Below, in pieces: positions 1 through 8,317 of a DNA stretch of 60,846 nt. The notes under the pieces are model-generated. The model worked only from the letters and a program-made list of their open reading frames with translations, ran no database searches and had not been told where the DNA came from. Source of the DNA: Actinomycetes bacterium (lineage in GTDB: Bacteria; Actinomycetota; CADDZG01; JAHWKV01); contig JAJCYE010000034.1 of NCBI GenBank assembly GCA_029263075.1, positions 1 through 60,846 of the forward strand, given 5' to 3'. The position numbers and the translations under genes were made by a program. The first letter of the stretch is position 1. Each line of letters begins with the position of its first letter.

Positions 1-188
1 ATGTGAAGCATCTTGCCCCGGTAACGCAGCGTCACCCGGGAGTCCTTGTCCACCTTGTCGTGACGAACCCGTGCGTCGACTGGGAGATTTTTGACCTTGG
101 CTGCTGATGGGACCGCCTTGTCCCGGCCGGCAAACGCCTCGGCCGGTGTCATTCGGTCTCTTGCCCGATGGGGCCTGGTCTGTTGTAA
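1..188 (-). mobile_element. IS481-family transposase C-terminal remnant (runs off window edge)
   Basis: Minus strand reads YN-(1-nt slip)-TRPHRARDRMTPAEAFAGRDKAVP...RVRHDKVDKDSRVTLRYRGKMLH, matching the YNxxRPHRAL...TPAEA...RVRxDKVDxxGxVTLRY tail typical of actinobacterial IS481 transposases. Not in the ORF track. Confidence 0.65.
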
Positions 189-1050
189 CGCATGGCCGTG
201 CGCAGCACCTCCTGCCACTCCTGCAGGTTGGCGTCCAGTCCCACCAGCGATGATTGGCAGGCCCGAATCTCCTGGCCAAGTCGGTCCTGTTCCGCCTTTA
301 GCATCGGAACATCGATGGCGCCGGCGTAGTAGGCGTCGAGCAGCTTGCGCTTCTGTGTCTCCAGCTTCGCCAGCCGCCGGGTGGCAAGCTCTCGTTCGGC
401 CGAGCTGCGGGATTGGCGGGCAATGACCTCCGCCTCCAGATCCTCTTCCAGCCGCTCCAGCCAGCCATCCGGTAGCTGCACTCTGCGGTACAGCTTGACG
501 ACCTCGTCCTCCAGGATGTCGGCGGCGATGTAGCGCTCCCGGCAACCGGTCGGGTACCGGGCGCTCTTTTGGCCCAGGCAGTAAGAGTACAGATAGCGGC
601 CCTTGGATAGCTGGCAGGAAAGCGCGCGACCGCATACGCCGCAGTACAGCACGCCCTTCAGGTAGTGATTGTGGCGGCACTCCCGGGTGCCTCGGACCGA
701 GCGGGCCTCCAGCAGATCCTGCACCTTCTGGAACGTGGCCGCATCTACCAGCGGCTCGTGCTGGCCGGGGTACTCGACGCCGGACCACTCAACCACCCCG
801 GCGTAGACCTTGTTGGACAGCAGCTTGGCCACTCCAGACACCGACAAAGGCTTGGGCTCGTAGTCGGCTCTTCCGCGATTGGTAAGACCCGGTGGGCAGC
901 TCCTTGGTCAAACTCTCCACCGTCCACTCTCCGGTGGAGTACAGACGAAATGCCTCGACAACCAGCTCGGCTCGATTCGGGTCTGGCACTATGTGGGCGA
1001 CTTGCCGCCCGCCGATGGTCTTCCGGACGTTGCGGTAGCCCACGGGAGCG
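149..1050 (-). pseudogene. Large serine recombinase/integrase pseudogene (recombinase, zinc ribbon and coiled coil; catalytic N-terminus missing)
   Basis: ORF 789-1073 has APVGYRN...PDPNRAELVVEAFRLYSTG. After a frameshift near 885-900, ORF 149-847 continues LLSNKVYAG...HEPLVD...FQKVQ...YLKGVLYCGVCG...YSYC...C. No resolvase catalytic domain upstream; the C-terminus is replaced by IS sequence. Confidence 0.85.
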
Positions 1051-1172
1051 CCCAGCCCGACGAGCGGGACCACCGTACGGCAGACGTTAAAAAGCGAGAG
1101 TTCGTCGACCGCTACCGTCTACTCCCATCTGCTCGCCTGGCGGAGCGGCCGATGCGGCATCGGAAAGAGCGT

Positions 1173-1544
1173 TTAGTTGCCGTCGAGTTTATTCGGGCGC
1201 CCTTGGAGTCCATCCAGGCAACCCTCGTAGGCTCCCTGATGTGCGGGACCCTCTTTCGTTCCTTCAGCGAGCCAAAGGGCAGCATCGATCGGATCAGTGG
1301 TGCCTGCCTGCCGGAACGTTTCTTGCGGATCGTGTGAGCACGTCAGATAGGAAGCGTTGTACTGGATTGAGTAAACATCCGGAGGGCTTATCTGTGTTTC
1401 CCGAGCTGAGTCGCCGGAAGTACTCGATGAGTTCCCAGAAGAGCTTCCGCGGGAAGAACTGGAATCAGGTGAGCAACCAAACAAGACCAAGACGGCCCAC
1501 AGCGCGAGAGCTAGATTGGCCCCCCTTAGCGCTCGGCGATTCAT
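1173..1544 (-). CDS. Hypothetical lipoprotein
   Basis: Signal peptide with lipobox LFGC, Ser-rich linker, two further Cys; ATGA overlap with upstream ORF. Confidence 0.65.
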   Translation of the reverse strand: MNRRALRGANLALALWAVLVLFGCSPDSSSSRGSSSGNSSSTSGDSARETQISPPDVYSIQYNASYLTCSHDPQETFRQAGTTDPIDAALWLAEGTKEGPAHQGAYEGCLDGLQGRPNKLDGN

Positions 1545-1804
1545 GGCGCCGGCCCTGTTCCCTGGAAGGAGACATCAACCCTGCCACCGCTTTGCCCGAT
1601 TCGCTCAATGATGATTTGCCCTCGGCCGCCGTCCTGCAGGACAAGCGTGTGAACTTCCCCACGGTCGAGGGTAGCAGGCGCTCCGATGATAGAATCAGCC
1701 CAGGACTTTAGGCCGCCGGCCTCTTCGACAACATCGAAGACGACCTCAATGTCGTCGGCTACGATTTCTTCGTTGGCCTCGAGGTGTCCTAGCGCTTTCC
1801 TCAC
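1541..1804 (-). CDS. Hypothetical protein
   Basis: GTG start after AGGGG SD-like sequence; globular-looking composition; stop coupled to the lipoprotein start. Confidence 0.5.
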   Translation of the reverse strand: MRKALGHLEANEEIVADDIEVVFDVVEEAGGLKSWADSIIGAPATLDRGEVHTLVLQDGGRGQIIIERIGQSGGRVDVSFQGTGPAP

Positions 1805-1963
1805 TAAATTCCCCTATGTGCTAATCGGTCCGAAAGGGCGGTTAATGTTGGTTTACGGTCAAGGTACAGTACGGCAGGTGCGTTTGCTCCGACAGTGGCC
1901 CGACACATCAACCTCGAAGGAGCGCGTGAGACGAGATTCCTCCTTGGATTGAGTTCGACGCAA

Positions 1964-2440
1964 CTACGAAGCCGTCTGCAGCCACGGATCGGGGCCCGGA
2001 TCGCCTCCGGCACCGGCCACCTCGAGGCGAGCGAGGAAGTGCCTCCAGCCTTCGGTGTGTGCTTCTGCCATCTGCCGGCTGGGGAGTGCGGAGTGGACAA
2101 GCGACAGGACGGTGCCGCCCCCATCGGGTTCCAGCGTTATCCGGACCTTGCTGGACCCTACCGGCAGGGGGCTCCCTTCCCCCTCCCATCCCCAACTGAA
2201 CGAGACGGAACGTGGGGGGTCGATCTCAAGGTACTCACCCACCGCGATCGAACCGGGCTTGACCACCACCCGGAAAATCCCTCCCGGGCGGGGGTCAAGT
2301 TGGGCCTCCACGCCCTTCCATAGCAGCATCCGGCGTTCATCGACCAGGAACTGGAACACCGTTTCCGGCGAGGCTTCGATGCGAACCCGGCACCCGGCCA
2401 TAAAGTCCGCAAGCGGCGACACCTGCTTAACTTGTTCCAC
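1964..2440 (-). CDS. SRPBCC/AHSA1-like domain protein
   Basis: RIEASPETVFQFLVD...DPRPGGIFR...GEYLEIDPPR.VSFSWGW...HTEGWRHFLARL; overlaps the ArsR gene, a common pair. Confidence 0.9.
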   Translation of the reverse strand: MEQVKQVSPLADFMAGCRVRIEASPETVFQFLVDERRMLLWKGVEAQLDPRPGGIFRVVVKPGSIAVGEYLEIDPPRSVSFSWGWEGEGSPLPVGSSKVRITLEPDGGGTVLSLVHSALPSRQMAEAHTEGWRHFLARLEVAGAGGDPGPDPWLQTAS

Positions 2441-2747
2441 GACTCTTTCTCCTCTCTTCCCACTCGGCCGCCTGCTTCAGGCGCATCAGCCCCTCCGACC
2501 AGAACTCCTCCAAAAACTGCTGGACGTCCTTCAAGCCCTCCGGCCGAGCGATGTAAAGGCGGCGGGTCCCCTCCCGGCGTTCGGTCACCAGTCCTGCCTC
2601 CTTCAACACGCTCAGGTGCTGCGAGATGGCCGGACGGGTTACGTCGAAAGAACCGGCGATCTCTCCCGCCGACAGTTCGTTGTCCCGCACGAGCCGGAGA
2701 ATTTCCCGGCGCCGGGGTTCGGCAATCGCCTTGAGAGCAGCATCCAT
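2427..2747 (-). CDS. ArsR/SmtB family transcriptional regulator
   Basis: ALKAIAEPRRREIL...AGEIA...TRPAISQHLSVLKEAGLV.ERREG. Confidence 0.93.
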   Translation of the reverse strand: MDAALKAIAEPRRREILRLVRDNELSAGEIAGSFDVTRPAISQHLSVLKEAGLVTERREGTRRLYIARPEGLKDVQQFLEEFWSEGLMRLKQAAEWEERRKSRGTS

Positions 2748-2754
2748 TTGCAGT

Positions 2755-2783
2755 AGTTAAGCACTCACTTACGTAAGTGTCAA
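2755..2783 (-). promoter_or_regulatory. arsR promoter with palindromic operator
   Basis: TTGACA (2783-2778), 17-bp spacer, TTAACT (2760-2755), with ATG 7 nt later (leaderless). Perfect dyad CACTTACGTAAGTG at 2766-2779 overlaps the -35. Confidence 0.7.
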
Positions 2784-2832
2784 CTAACGAATAGTCGAGC
2801 CGTGACTGCCGCTGCCCTGAAACCCGGCTCCG

Positions 2833-3906
2833 CTACTTCCGGAGGACGTGGAGTTGGAAGAAGCCGGCGTCGACCTCCAGACGTTCAACGGAGGTGAAGC
2901 CCGCTTCCAGGGCGAGGCGGCGCACCACCGGCGCCCGGATTACTGTGCCTATGGCTGCCGACGGCTGCTCGGACATGGCGGCCGGCAGGCAGTGGGTCAC
3001 GCTCCAGCCGTACATCATCCGCTCCAGTTCGTCGCCCGGCGCGGTGAACTCATCGGCGACCTTCTCGTCGGCCACCAGCACCACCCCGCCCTCGGAGAGC
3101 ACCTCGGCGGCGGCCCGCAACACCTCCACCGGGTTGGACATGTCGTGCAGGGCTTCCAGAATCGTGACCAGGTCGAAGGGCCCCTCCCGCACCATGGCGG
3201 CCGCGTTGGCCGGCTCAAAACGCACCTCGACCCCGGACGCAGCCGCGTTCTCGCGGGCGGCGGTGATGCTGGCGGGGTCCAGGTCCCAGCCGATGACCGA
3301 GGCGCCGGGGAGGTGCCGGGCCATCCCGATCGCCGCCCACCCGACACCACACCCCAGATCGGCGATGGACCCGCCGTCGTTCAGGCGGTCGACCAAACCC
3401 TCTATCGACCCGATCCAGGACGGGACCAGGTCGTGGGTGAACGCGGGCCGGTTGATTGCTCCCTGCCCGTGCATCATGTGCGGGCCGTAGTCGGCAAAGC
3501 TCACTCCCCCGCCGGTGACGAAGGCGTCGGTCACCCGGTCCAGGGTCTGACCGATGCCCGCCAGGATGTCGGCCAACGGAGAAACATGGCTCGGGTCCTG
3601 TTCACCCGTGAAGATGGCCGCCTCATGGGCGCCCAGGCGGTAGGTCCGTTCGTCGGCAACGCCCGCCGGGTCGTCAACCGAAATGAACCCCGCGACCGCC
3701 TGCTGTTCCAGCCACTCGCGGGCGTACCTCGGGTGGATCCCCGCCGCGGCCGCCAGCTCCGCCGGCGTGCGCGGTGCAGCAGCCAGAGCCCGGTAGAGGC
3801 CCAGGGTGCGGCCGATGTGGACGCAGAACATCTCGAGCGTTGCGGTCGCCGCCGAGATCAGTCGATCCTCGAGCGCGGCCGGGGCGGGGGCAACTGAAGT
3901 GGTCAT
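2833..3906 (-). CDS. Class I SAM-dependent methyltransferase with N-terminal wHTH (Rv2258c-like)
   Basis: HPRYAREWLEQQ wHTH; IADLGCGVGW SAM motif; EALHDMSNP; HCLP. Confidence 0.9.
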   Translation of the reverse strand: MTTSVAPAPAALEDRLISAATATLEMFCVHIGRTLGLYRALAAAPRTPAELAAAAGIHPRYAREWLEQQAVAGFISVDDPAGVADERTYRLGAHEAAIFTGEQDPSHVSPLADILAGIGQTLDRVTDAFVTGGGVSFADYGPHMMHGQGAINRPAFTHDLVPSWIGSIEGLVDRLNDGGSIADLGCGVGWAAIGMARHLPGASVIGWDLDPASITAARENAAASGVEVRFEPANAAAMVREGPFDLVTILEALHDMSNPVEVLRAAAEVLSEGGVVLVADEKVADEFTAPGDELERMMYGWSVTHCLPAAMSEQPSAAIGTVIRAPVVRRLALEAGFTSVERLEVDAGFFQLHVLRK

Positions 3907-3924
3907 GACTTGTCCTTTCCACGA

Positions 3925-3969
3925 ACCGACTAATTAGTCTGTAGTATGTGGACCGACTAGTTGGTCTGT
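3925..3969. promoter_or_regulatory. Two TetR operator copies over the methyltransferase promoter
   Basis: ACCGACTAATTAGTCTGT (3925-3942) and ACCGACTAGTTGGTCTGT (3952-3969), each an imperfect dyad, flanking a minus-strand TTGACA-18-CATACT promoter. Confidence 0.7.
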
Positions 3970-3992
3970 CAAGGGGTTACAATCAAACCATC

Positions 3993-4607
3993 GTGAGGAA
4001 CCCAACCGATACCCGCCGGAGGATTCTGGACGCCGCCCAGGAGTTGGTACTGGATCGCGGGTTCAGCGGGACCACGGTCGACGCCGTCATCGACGCCGCC
4101 GGCATCTCCAAAGGGGCCTTTTTCCACCACTTCTCATCAAAGGGCGAACTCGGGCAGTCGATGCTCCAGCGCTACGCAGCAGCCGACGCCGAAGTCCTTG
4201 AAACCTTCATGGCGCGGGCGGAGGCCTCGTCGGACGACCCCGCCGAACAGTTGGTGAACTTCGTCCGTGCGTTCGAGGACGTGTCCGACGAGATGTACGC
4301 GGAACCCGGGTGCCTTTTTGTCTCCTTCGTCTACGAGCGGATGCCGGGCAGCCCCGAGGCCCACGCCGTCATCCGCCGCAACATCGGGCTCTGGCGGGAC
4401 CGGCTCGGCGGAAAGATTGAGCGGGCGCTTGCGTCCCGTTCGGTCGACGCCGACCCCTTTTCGCTGGCAGATCTGATGTTCACCGTATTCGAGGGGGCGT
4501 TCATCCTGGCCCGGGCCACGGCCCAACCGGCCGAGGTGGGCCGCCATCTCGGCCACTACCGACGATACCTGGAGCTAGTGCTCGGCCTACCGGAAGATCC
4601 GCGATAA
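3993..4607 (+). CDS. TetR/AcrR family regulator
   Basis: TRRRILDAAQELV..RGFSGTTVDAVIDAAGISKGAFFHHFSSK; GTG start chosen just downstream of TACAAT -10. Confidence 0.93.
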   Translation: MRNPTDTRRRILDAAQELVLDRGFSGTTVDAVIDAAGISKGAFFHHFSSKGELGQSMLQRYAAADAEVLETFMARAEASSDDPAEQLVNFVRAFEDVSDEMYAEPGCLFVSFVYERMPGSPEAHAVIRRNIGLWRDRLGGKIERALASRSVDADPFSLADLMFTVFEGAFILARATAQPAEVGRHLGHYRRYLELVLGLPEDPR

Positions 4608-4614
4608 TTGCACC

Positions 4615-4893
4615 ATGTCTGAGTCGGCCTTCTGGTATTTCGAGCCCTGCGAGGCAGAGCGGGTAACCATCACCGTGGCCGACATGCCCGAAAATCCCGG
4701 GTACTGGGTGCGGGAACAGGGCCTGGTGGGGACCGACAGGGCTGCGGTCAAGGTGACCTACCGCAAGACGACCTTCTACCTGGACGACGAATTCGGCAAA
4801 GGATGGCGCAAGGTCACCGAGGAGCAGGGCAGCCCGCAGGCGGCTCACGCCGAACTCCACCCGGTCGAAGGCTCCGTGAGGCCCCGGCCCTAG
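4615..4893 (+). CDS. Hypothetical protein
   Basis: GC3-biased codons; leaderless geometry GATAAT-6nt-ATG. Confidence 0.7.
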   Translation: MSESAFWYFEPCEAERVTITVADMPENPGYWVREQGLVGTDRAAVKVTYRKTTFYLDDEFGKGWRKVTEEQGSPQAAHAELHPVEGSVRPRP

Positions 4894-5564
4894 CCGGTTT
4901 CGACGGTCTCCGAGGGTCCCAGGTCCAGGCGGAACGGCGGGTAGTCGTCGGTCATAAGCAGCGCGTAGGACCACACCCGGTAGACCCATCGGTTCATCCC
5001 CAGGTTCAGGTTGAACAGGGTTTCCGGGTACCGCCCGGTAAACAGCAAGGCGATAGCTGCGATGAACGCCAGCAGGCCTATCAAGCCCGGGTACGTCAGG
5101 TTCAGCGAAGTGTCGCCCGCAGCCACTTCGTACGAGAACCCTACGAAAAAGGCGACGATGAGGTAGTGCGGGATCGCCAGCAGCCAGGCTTTGACAAGCA
5201 CCAGGCCCCGGGACAACTTCTCCGGGTATTCGACGTTCAGTCGCGCCGGGTAGTCCGGGTCGTCTTCCAAGGAGAACGGCGGGTACCGGTCGGTCCCCAG
5301 CACCTCAAACGCGTAGAACGAAACTCTCCAGCCCCACCGCATGACCCCTACGTTGTAGTCGAAGAGGGCCCGCGGGTACCTGCCGGTAAAAAGGATGGCA
5401 AACCAGGCGGCGATCGAAGCCAGCACGGCACCTATCGCCAGGACGATCAGCACGAATACGTGGGGTAGGGCAAGAAACCACTTCACCAGCCACTTCCACC
5501 GAGACAAACCTTCGTCCAGGTGGCCTTCGATCGAAACCGGATACTTGCCGGGGCTAAGCGACAT
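4890..5564 (-). CDS. DUF4389 domain membrane protein
   Basis: Two repeats of LSRxxxLVKWxLAxPH...LFTGRYP...RWxxRV...TDxYPPF. Confidence 0.9.
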   Translation of the reverse strand: MSLSPGKYPVSIEGHLDEGLSRWKWLVKWFLALPHVFVLIVLAIGAVLASIAAWFAILFTGRYPRALFDYNVGVMRWGWRVSFYAFEVLGTDRYPPFSLEDDPDYPARLNVEYPEKLSRGLVLVKAWLLAIPHYLIVAFFVGFSYEVAAGDTSLNLTYPGLIGLLAFIAAIALLFTGRYPETLFNLNLGMNRWVYRVWSYALLMTDDYPPFRLDLGPSETVETG

Positions 5565-5666
5565 CTGACCTCCCTCTTTGGGACCTGGACCTGTCGGGCG
5601 ACGAGGCTACTTACACTGTAAACCTCCCGATGGGCCCTGTCACGAACATCCTGCCGCCGAACCCGC

Positions 5667-5698
5667 TTGACCTTGGAGTCGGCTCCAAGGTGTACGCT
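5667..5698 (+). promoter_or_regulatory. MerR/ZntR-type promoter-operator with 20-bp spacer
   Basis: TTGACC (5667-5672), 20-bp spacer, TACGCT (5693-5698); dyad ACCTTGGAG-tcgg-CTCCAAGGT at 5670-5691. Confidence 0.85.
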
Positions 5699-5705
5699 CC
5701 TGACT

Positions 5706-6185
5706 ATGGGACTGAAGGTATCGCAGGTGGCCAAGAAAACGGGGATCTCCCCCGATGCAATTCGCTACTACGAGGAGTTGGGGCTGCTGCCCGCGGCCGA
5801 GCGGACGGCGTCCGGATACCGGCAGTTCGGCGAAGAGACGGTGAAGCGGATCGGATTTATCAAGGACGCCCAGAGCCTGGGTCTTCGTCTCGATGAGATC
5901 GGCGAACTGCTCAAGATTCAAGACGACGGGGCTTGTCCCTGTGGCCACACCAAGCTGCTCCTCGAGCGCAAGCTGGAACAGGTGAACCGGGAGCTAGAAG
6001 TCCTCACCGGCCTGAAGAGGCAGCTTGAGCGCCTCAGCGCCCAGGAATGTTATTCGGACCCAGACACCCCGGTCTGGCCGTGCGAGATCGAGCTGAAGAG
6101 AGGGGGTGAAACCATGACCGAACCCGACTGCCCCTGCGGCTGCACCTGCGGAAGCAACGATGGACCGTGCACCTGCGGCTGCTAG
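5706..6185 (+). CDS. Heavy-metal-responsive MerR family regulator with Cys-rich C-terminal tail
   Basis: LKVSQVAKKTGISPDAIRYYEELGLL...RTASGYRQF...IKDAQSLGLRLDEI; ligands ACPCG, ECY, WPC; tail DCPCGCTCG...CTCGC. ATG lies 7 nt after the -10. Confidence 0.92.
   Translation: MGLKVSQVAKKTGISPDAIRYYEELGLLPAAERTASGYRQFGEETVKRIGFIKDAQSLGLRLDEIGELLKIQDDGACPCGHTKLLLERKLEQVNRELEVLTGLKRQLERLSAQECYSDPDTPVWPCEIELKRGGETMTEPDCPCGCTCGSNDGPCTCGC
6114..6185 (+). CDS. Putative nested metallothionein-like peptide MTEPDCPCGCTCGSNDGPCTCGC (in frame with merR)
   Basis: In-frame ATG preceded by AGAGAGGGGGTGA-aacc, a near-consensus SD; 7 Cys in 23 aa, arranged as CxCxCxC and CxCxC. Confidence 0.55.
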   Translation: MTEPDCPCGCTCGSNDGPCTCGC

Positions 6186-6268
6186 CAACCCGGCGATAGC
6201 CCCCTGAGGGGCAACCGGTGCGACGGCGGGCCCTCCCGATCGGGCCGTCGATCCGGCATCACCAACGA

Positions 6269-6766
6269 TTATCCGGCACTGTTGGGCGGCTGGAACGCCA
6301 CTCCGGGGTGCACCCCGGGTGCCAGCCCCTGCGCGGTCGCCACCTTGCCGAGCAGGCCTACCAGCTGAACTCTTTCCGCCTCGCTAAGGCCCTTGGTGAG
6401 TTCCGTCTCGTGATCGGCGCTTATCTTCATCACCGTATTCAGGATCTCTCGTCCCCTGTCGGTGAGGTGAAGGGCCCTGATCCGCCTGTCGTCGGGGTTG
6501 GGTCGCCTCTCCAAAAGGCCCAGATCTTCAAGCTCGTCGACGAAGGCCACCATCCGGCTAGGCGGGAGCCGCATCTGCGTACCCAGCGCCAGTTGAGAGC
6601 GGCCCTCCTCCACGCTCACCAGCCTCAACAACACCACGTGCCTGGAGTCGAGACCCAGTTTTTTCATGCGTTCCCGCCAAATCTGACCGGAGTGCACACC
6701 GACCTGCGACATTAAGAACGCCGCACCCGGAACCACAATCTTTTTCGGATCGCCTCTTTCGCTCAC
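6269..6766 (-). CDS. MarR family regulator
   Basis: SQLALG...PPSRMVAFVDELEDLGLLERRPNPDDRR...LTDRG. Confidence 0.92.
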   Translation of the reverse strand: MSERGDPKKIVVPGAAFLMSQVGVHSGQIWRERMKKLGLDSRHVVLLRLVSVEEGRSQLALGTQMRLPPSRMVAFVDELEDLGLLERRPNPDDRRIRALHLTDRGREILNTVMKISADHETELTKGLSEAERVQLVGLLGKVATAQGLAPGVHPGVAFQPPNSAG

Positions 6767-6784
6767 GGCTCATATCATGCCATC

Positions 6785-6811
6785 ATTGAAATGATTCAAT
6801 CTTCGAATCAT
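6785..6811. promoter_or_regulatory. Candidate MarR operator in divergent intergenic region
   Basis: Overlapping dyads ATTGAA-atga-TTCAAT (6785-6800) and ATGATTC-N7-GAATCAT (6791-6811) in an AT-rich gap. Confidence 0.5.
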
Positions 6812-6841
6812 TCGGTCGCTAAATCGATTACGGAGGTGGGT

Positions 6842-7408
6842 ATGGTTAGCGAGCGTTCCGTCGCTCTGTTCGTCCACATTCTCGGAGCCGTCGCCCTTGC
6901 TATTGCGATGGGCATGGTCCAGGTTGTCGGATCCCGGATCCGTACCGCTTCCGACATCACCGAGCTACGCCTGTGGCTCGGTCTGATGAAGAGCACGGGA
7001 GCACTCTGGCCCGCCTCTTTCGGGACAATTTTGTTGAGCGGCCTCTACTTGGCCGGAACCGGATGGTCGTTCGGCTCCCCGTGGATCGTCACCGCCATCG
7101 GGTCGGTCGTGGTCATGGGCGCGCTGGGCAGAGGGGTGGTCGGGCGGTCGTTCGCGTCTCTCGGGCAGGGGGCGGGTCGGGCCTCCCAACTGGACCTGGA
7201 GTTGATAGCCCGGGTTAACCGTCCGGGGCTGTGGGCCACAACCACCGCACTGAACGGGATGGCCATCGGGGTGCTGTGGCTCATGGTGAGCAAGCCGGGC
7301 TGGGGCCAGTCGCTGAGCGTGGTCGTCTTGCTTGGGCTGCTAGGAGCCGGCGCCGGCGAGAGGTTGGCCCGCCGGTCAGGCGTCGCGCAGCGGGGCGTGC
7401 TTGATTGA
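6842..7408 (+). CDS. DUF2269-like integral membrane protein
   Basis: ALFVHILGA...LLSGLYL...WIV...WLMVSKP, 4-5 TM; GGAGG SD before ATG 6842. Confidence 0.75.
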   Translation: MVSERSVALFVHILGAVALAIAMGMVQVVGSRIRTASDITELRLWLGLMKSTGALWPASFGTILLSGLYLAGTGWSFGSPWIVTAIGSVVVMGALGRGVVGRSFASLGQGAGRASQLDLELIARVNRPGLWATTTALNGMAIGVLWLMVSKPGWGQSLSVVVLLGLLGAGAGERLARRSGVAQRGVLD

Positions 7409-7894
7409 AGCCTCGTTCGGCTTGCTGAAGATGTTGACGCCCTGCGTCCACAGGGGCGCCTGGTCGTTGTCGAACCAACGGTCGGCGGTCTCGGTCAGGC
7501 ACTCCCGATGTCCCCACCTACGCTCAGCCCTCCCCTGGGTGGTGGAGAGGACAAACCCCTCGCCCTCCACCGGCTTGGCGCTGCAGATGTCACAACCGCC
7601 GGCGTTGGCCTTGACCTCTTCGAGAATCTGCTTGGCCAGAGAGGTGTCTCCGGACTCAACCGCCGCAACGATCTCCGCTTCGCGACCTTGAATCTTGACC
7701 TCGCGCCAGTCTCGCGAGTCGACATGTACGGCTTCTTCCCGGGTGGCGGCACCCCGCGCCGCGGCCTCCCGGAGTTCTTTGGTCATTTCAGGGGCTTGGG
7801 GCGACAGGCGGTCCGGCGCCGATCTCTGCTTGGCCCGCCGGGCCATCTCCGCGCCGCCGGGGCCCTTGCGCTTCTTTCGGTTCTGTTTTCCCAC
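7376..7894 (-). CDS. Hypothetical protein with CxxC...HxxC zinc-finger-like motif
   Basis: Basic N-terminus, CDIC and HREC; leaderless TAGTCT-6nt-GTG. Confidence 0.65.
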   Translation of the reverse strand: MGKQNRKKRKGPGGAEMARRAKQRSAPDRLSPQAPEMTKELREAAARGAATREEAVHVDSRDWREVKIQGREAEIVAAVESGDTSLAKQILEEVKANAGGCDICSAKPVEGEGFVLSTTQGRAERRWGHRECLTETADRWFDNDQAPLWTQGVNIFSKPNEASIKHAPLRDA

Positions 7895-7929
7895 GGCCCC
7901 AGACTAGTGCCTCGCGGGCACCCGGCCGC

Positions 7930-8196
7930 TCAAGCGGTCCATCCGAAGATCATCGAACCCCCCTGAATCACCAAAAACCACACCAGCGCCGACACCAGGG
8001 GAACCACCAGAACGCTGGGGCGGTGCCGGATCGTGTACCCCCAAAAGGTTAGACCGACCCAGATGACCAGGAGCAGGACCACCGCCCACAACGGCGCAAG
8101 CAGACCCGAGGCAAAGAAGAAAAACCCTGCAACCAGTTGCAGGGCGATAGCCACGACCAAGATCACCCATTGGCCGGCGGAGACTTTAGCTTTCAC
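7930..8196 (-). CDS. Small membrane protein
   Basis: 3 hydrophobic segments, FGWTA end; GAGGT SD before GTG. Confidence 0.7.
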   Translation of the reverse strand: MKAKVSAGQWVILVVAIALQLVAGFFFFASGLLAPLWAVVLLLVIWVGLTFWGYTIRHRPSVLVVPLVSALVWFLVIQGGSMIFGWTA

Positions 8197-8317
8197 GTCG
8201 CTACCTCACCCCATGAACACGAACAGACCAATTGGGTGCCCTCTCCAGTCGACGCCCGCGAGGTCTGGGCGGCACCTCACAACCATATTCCCGCCGGGCC
8301 GGATTCGTGCGGATGAT

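Noticed and set aside
1-1900. Active prophage or ICE
   Set aside because: The integrase is broken and no structural, replication or conjugation genes or att repeats are visible.
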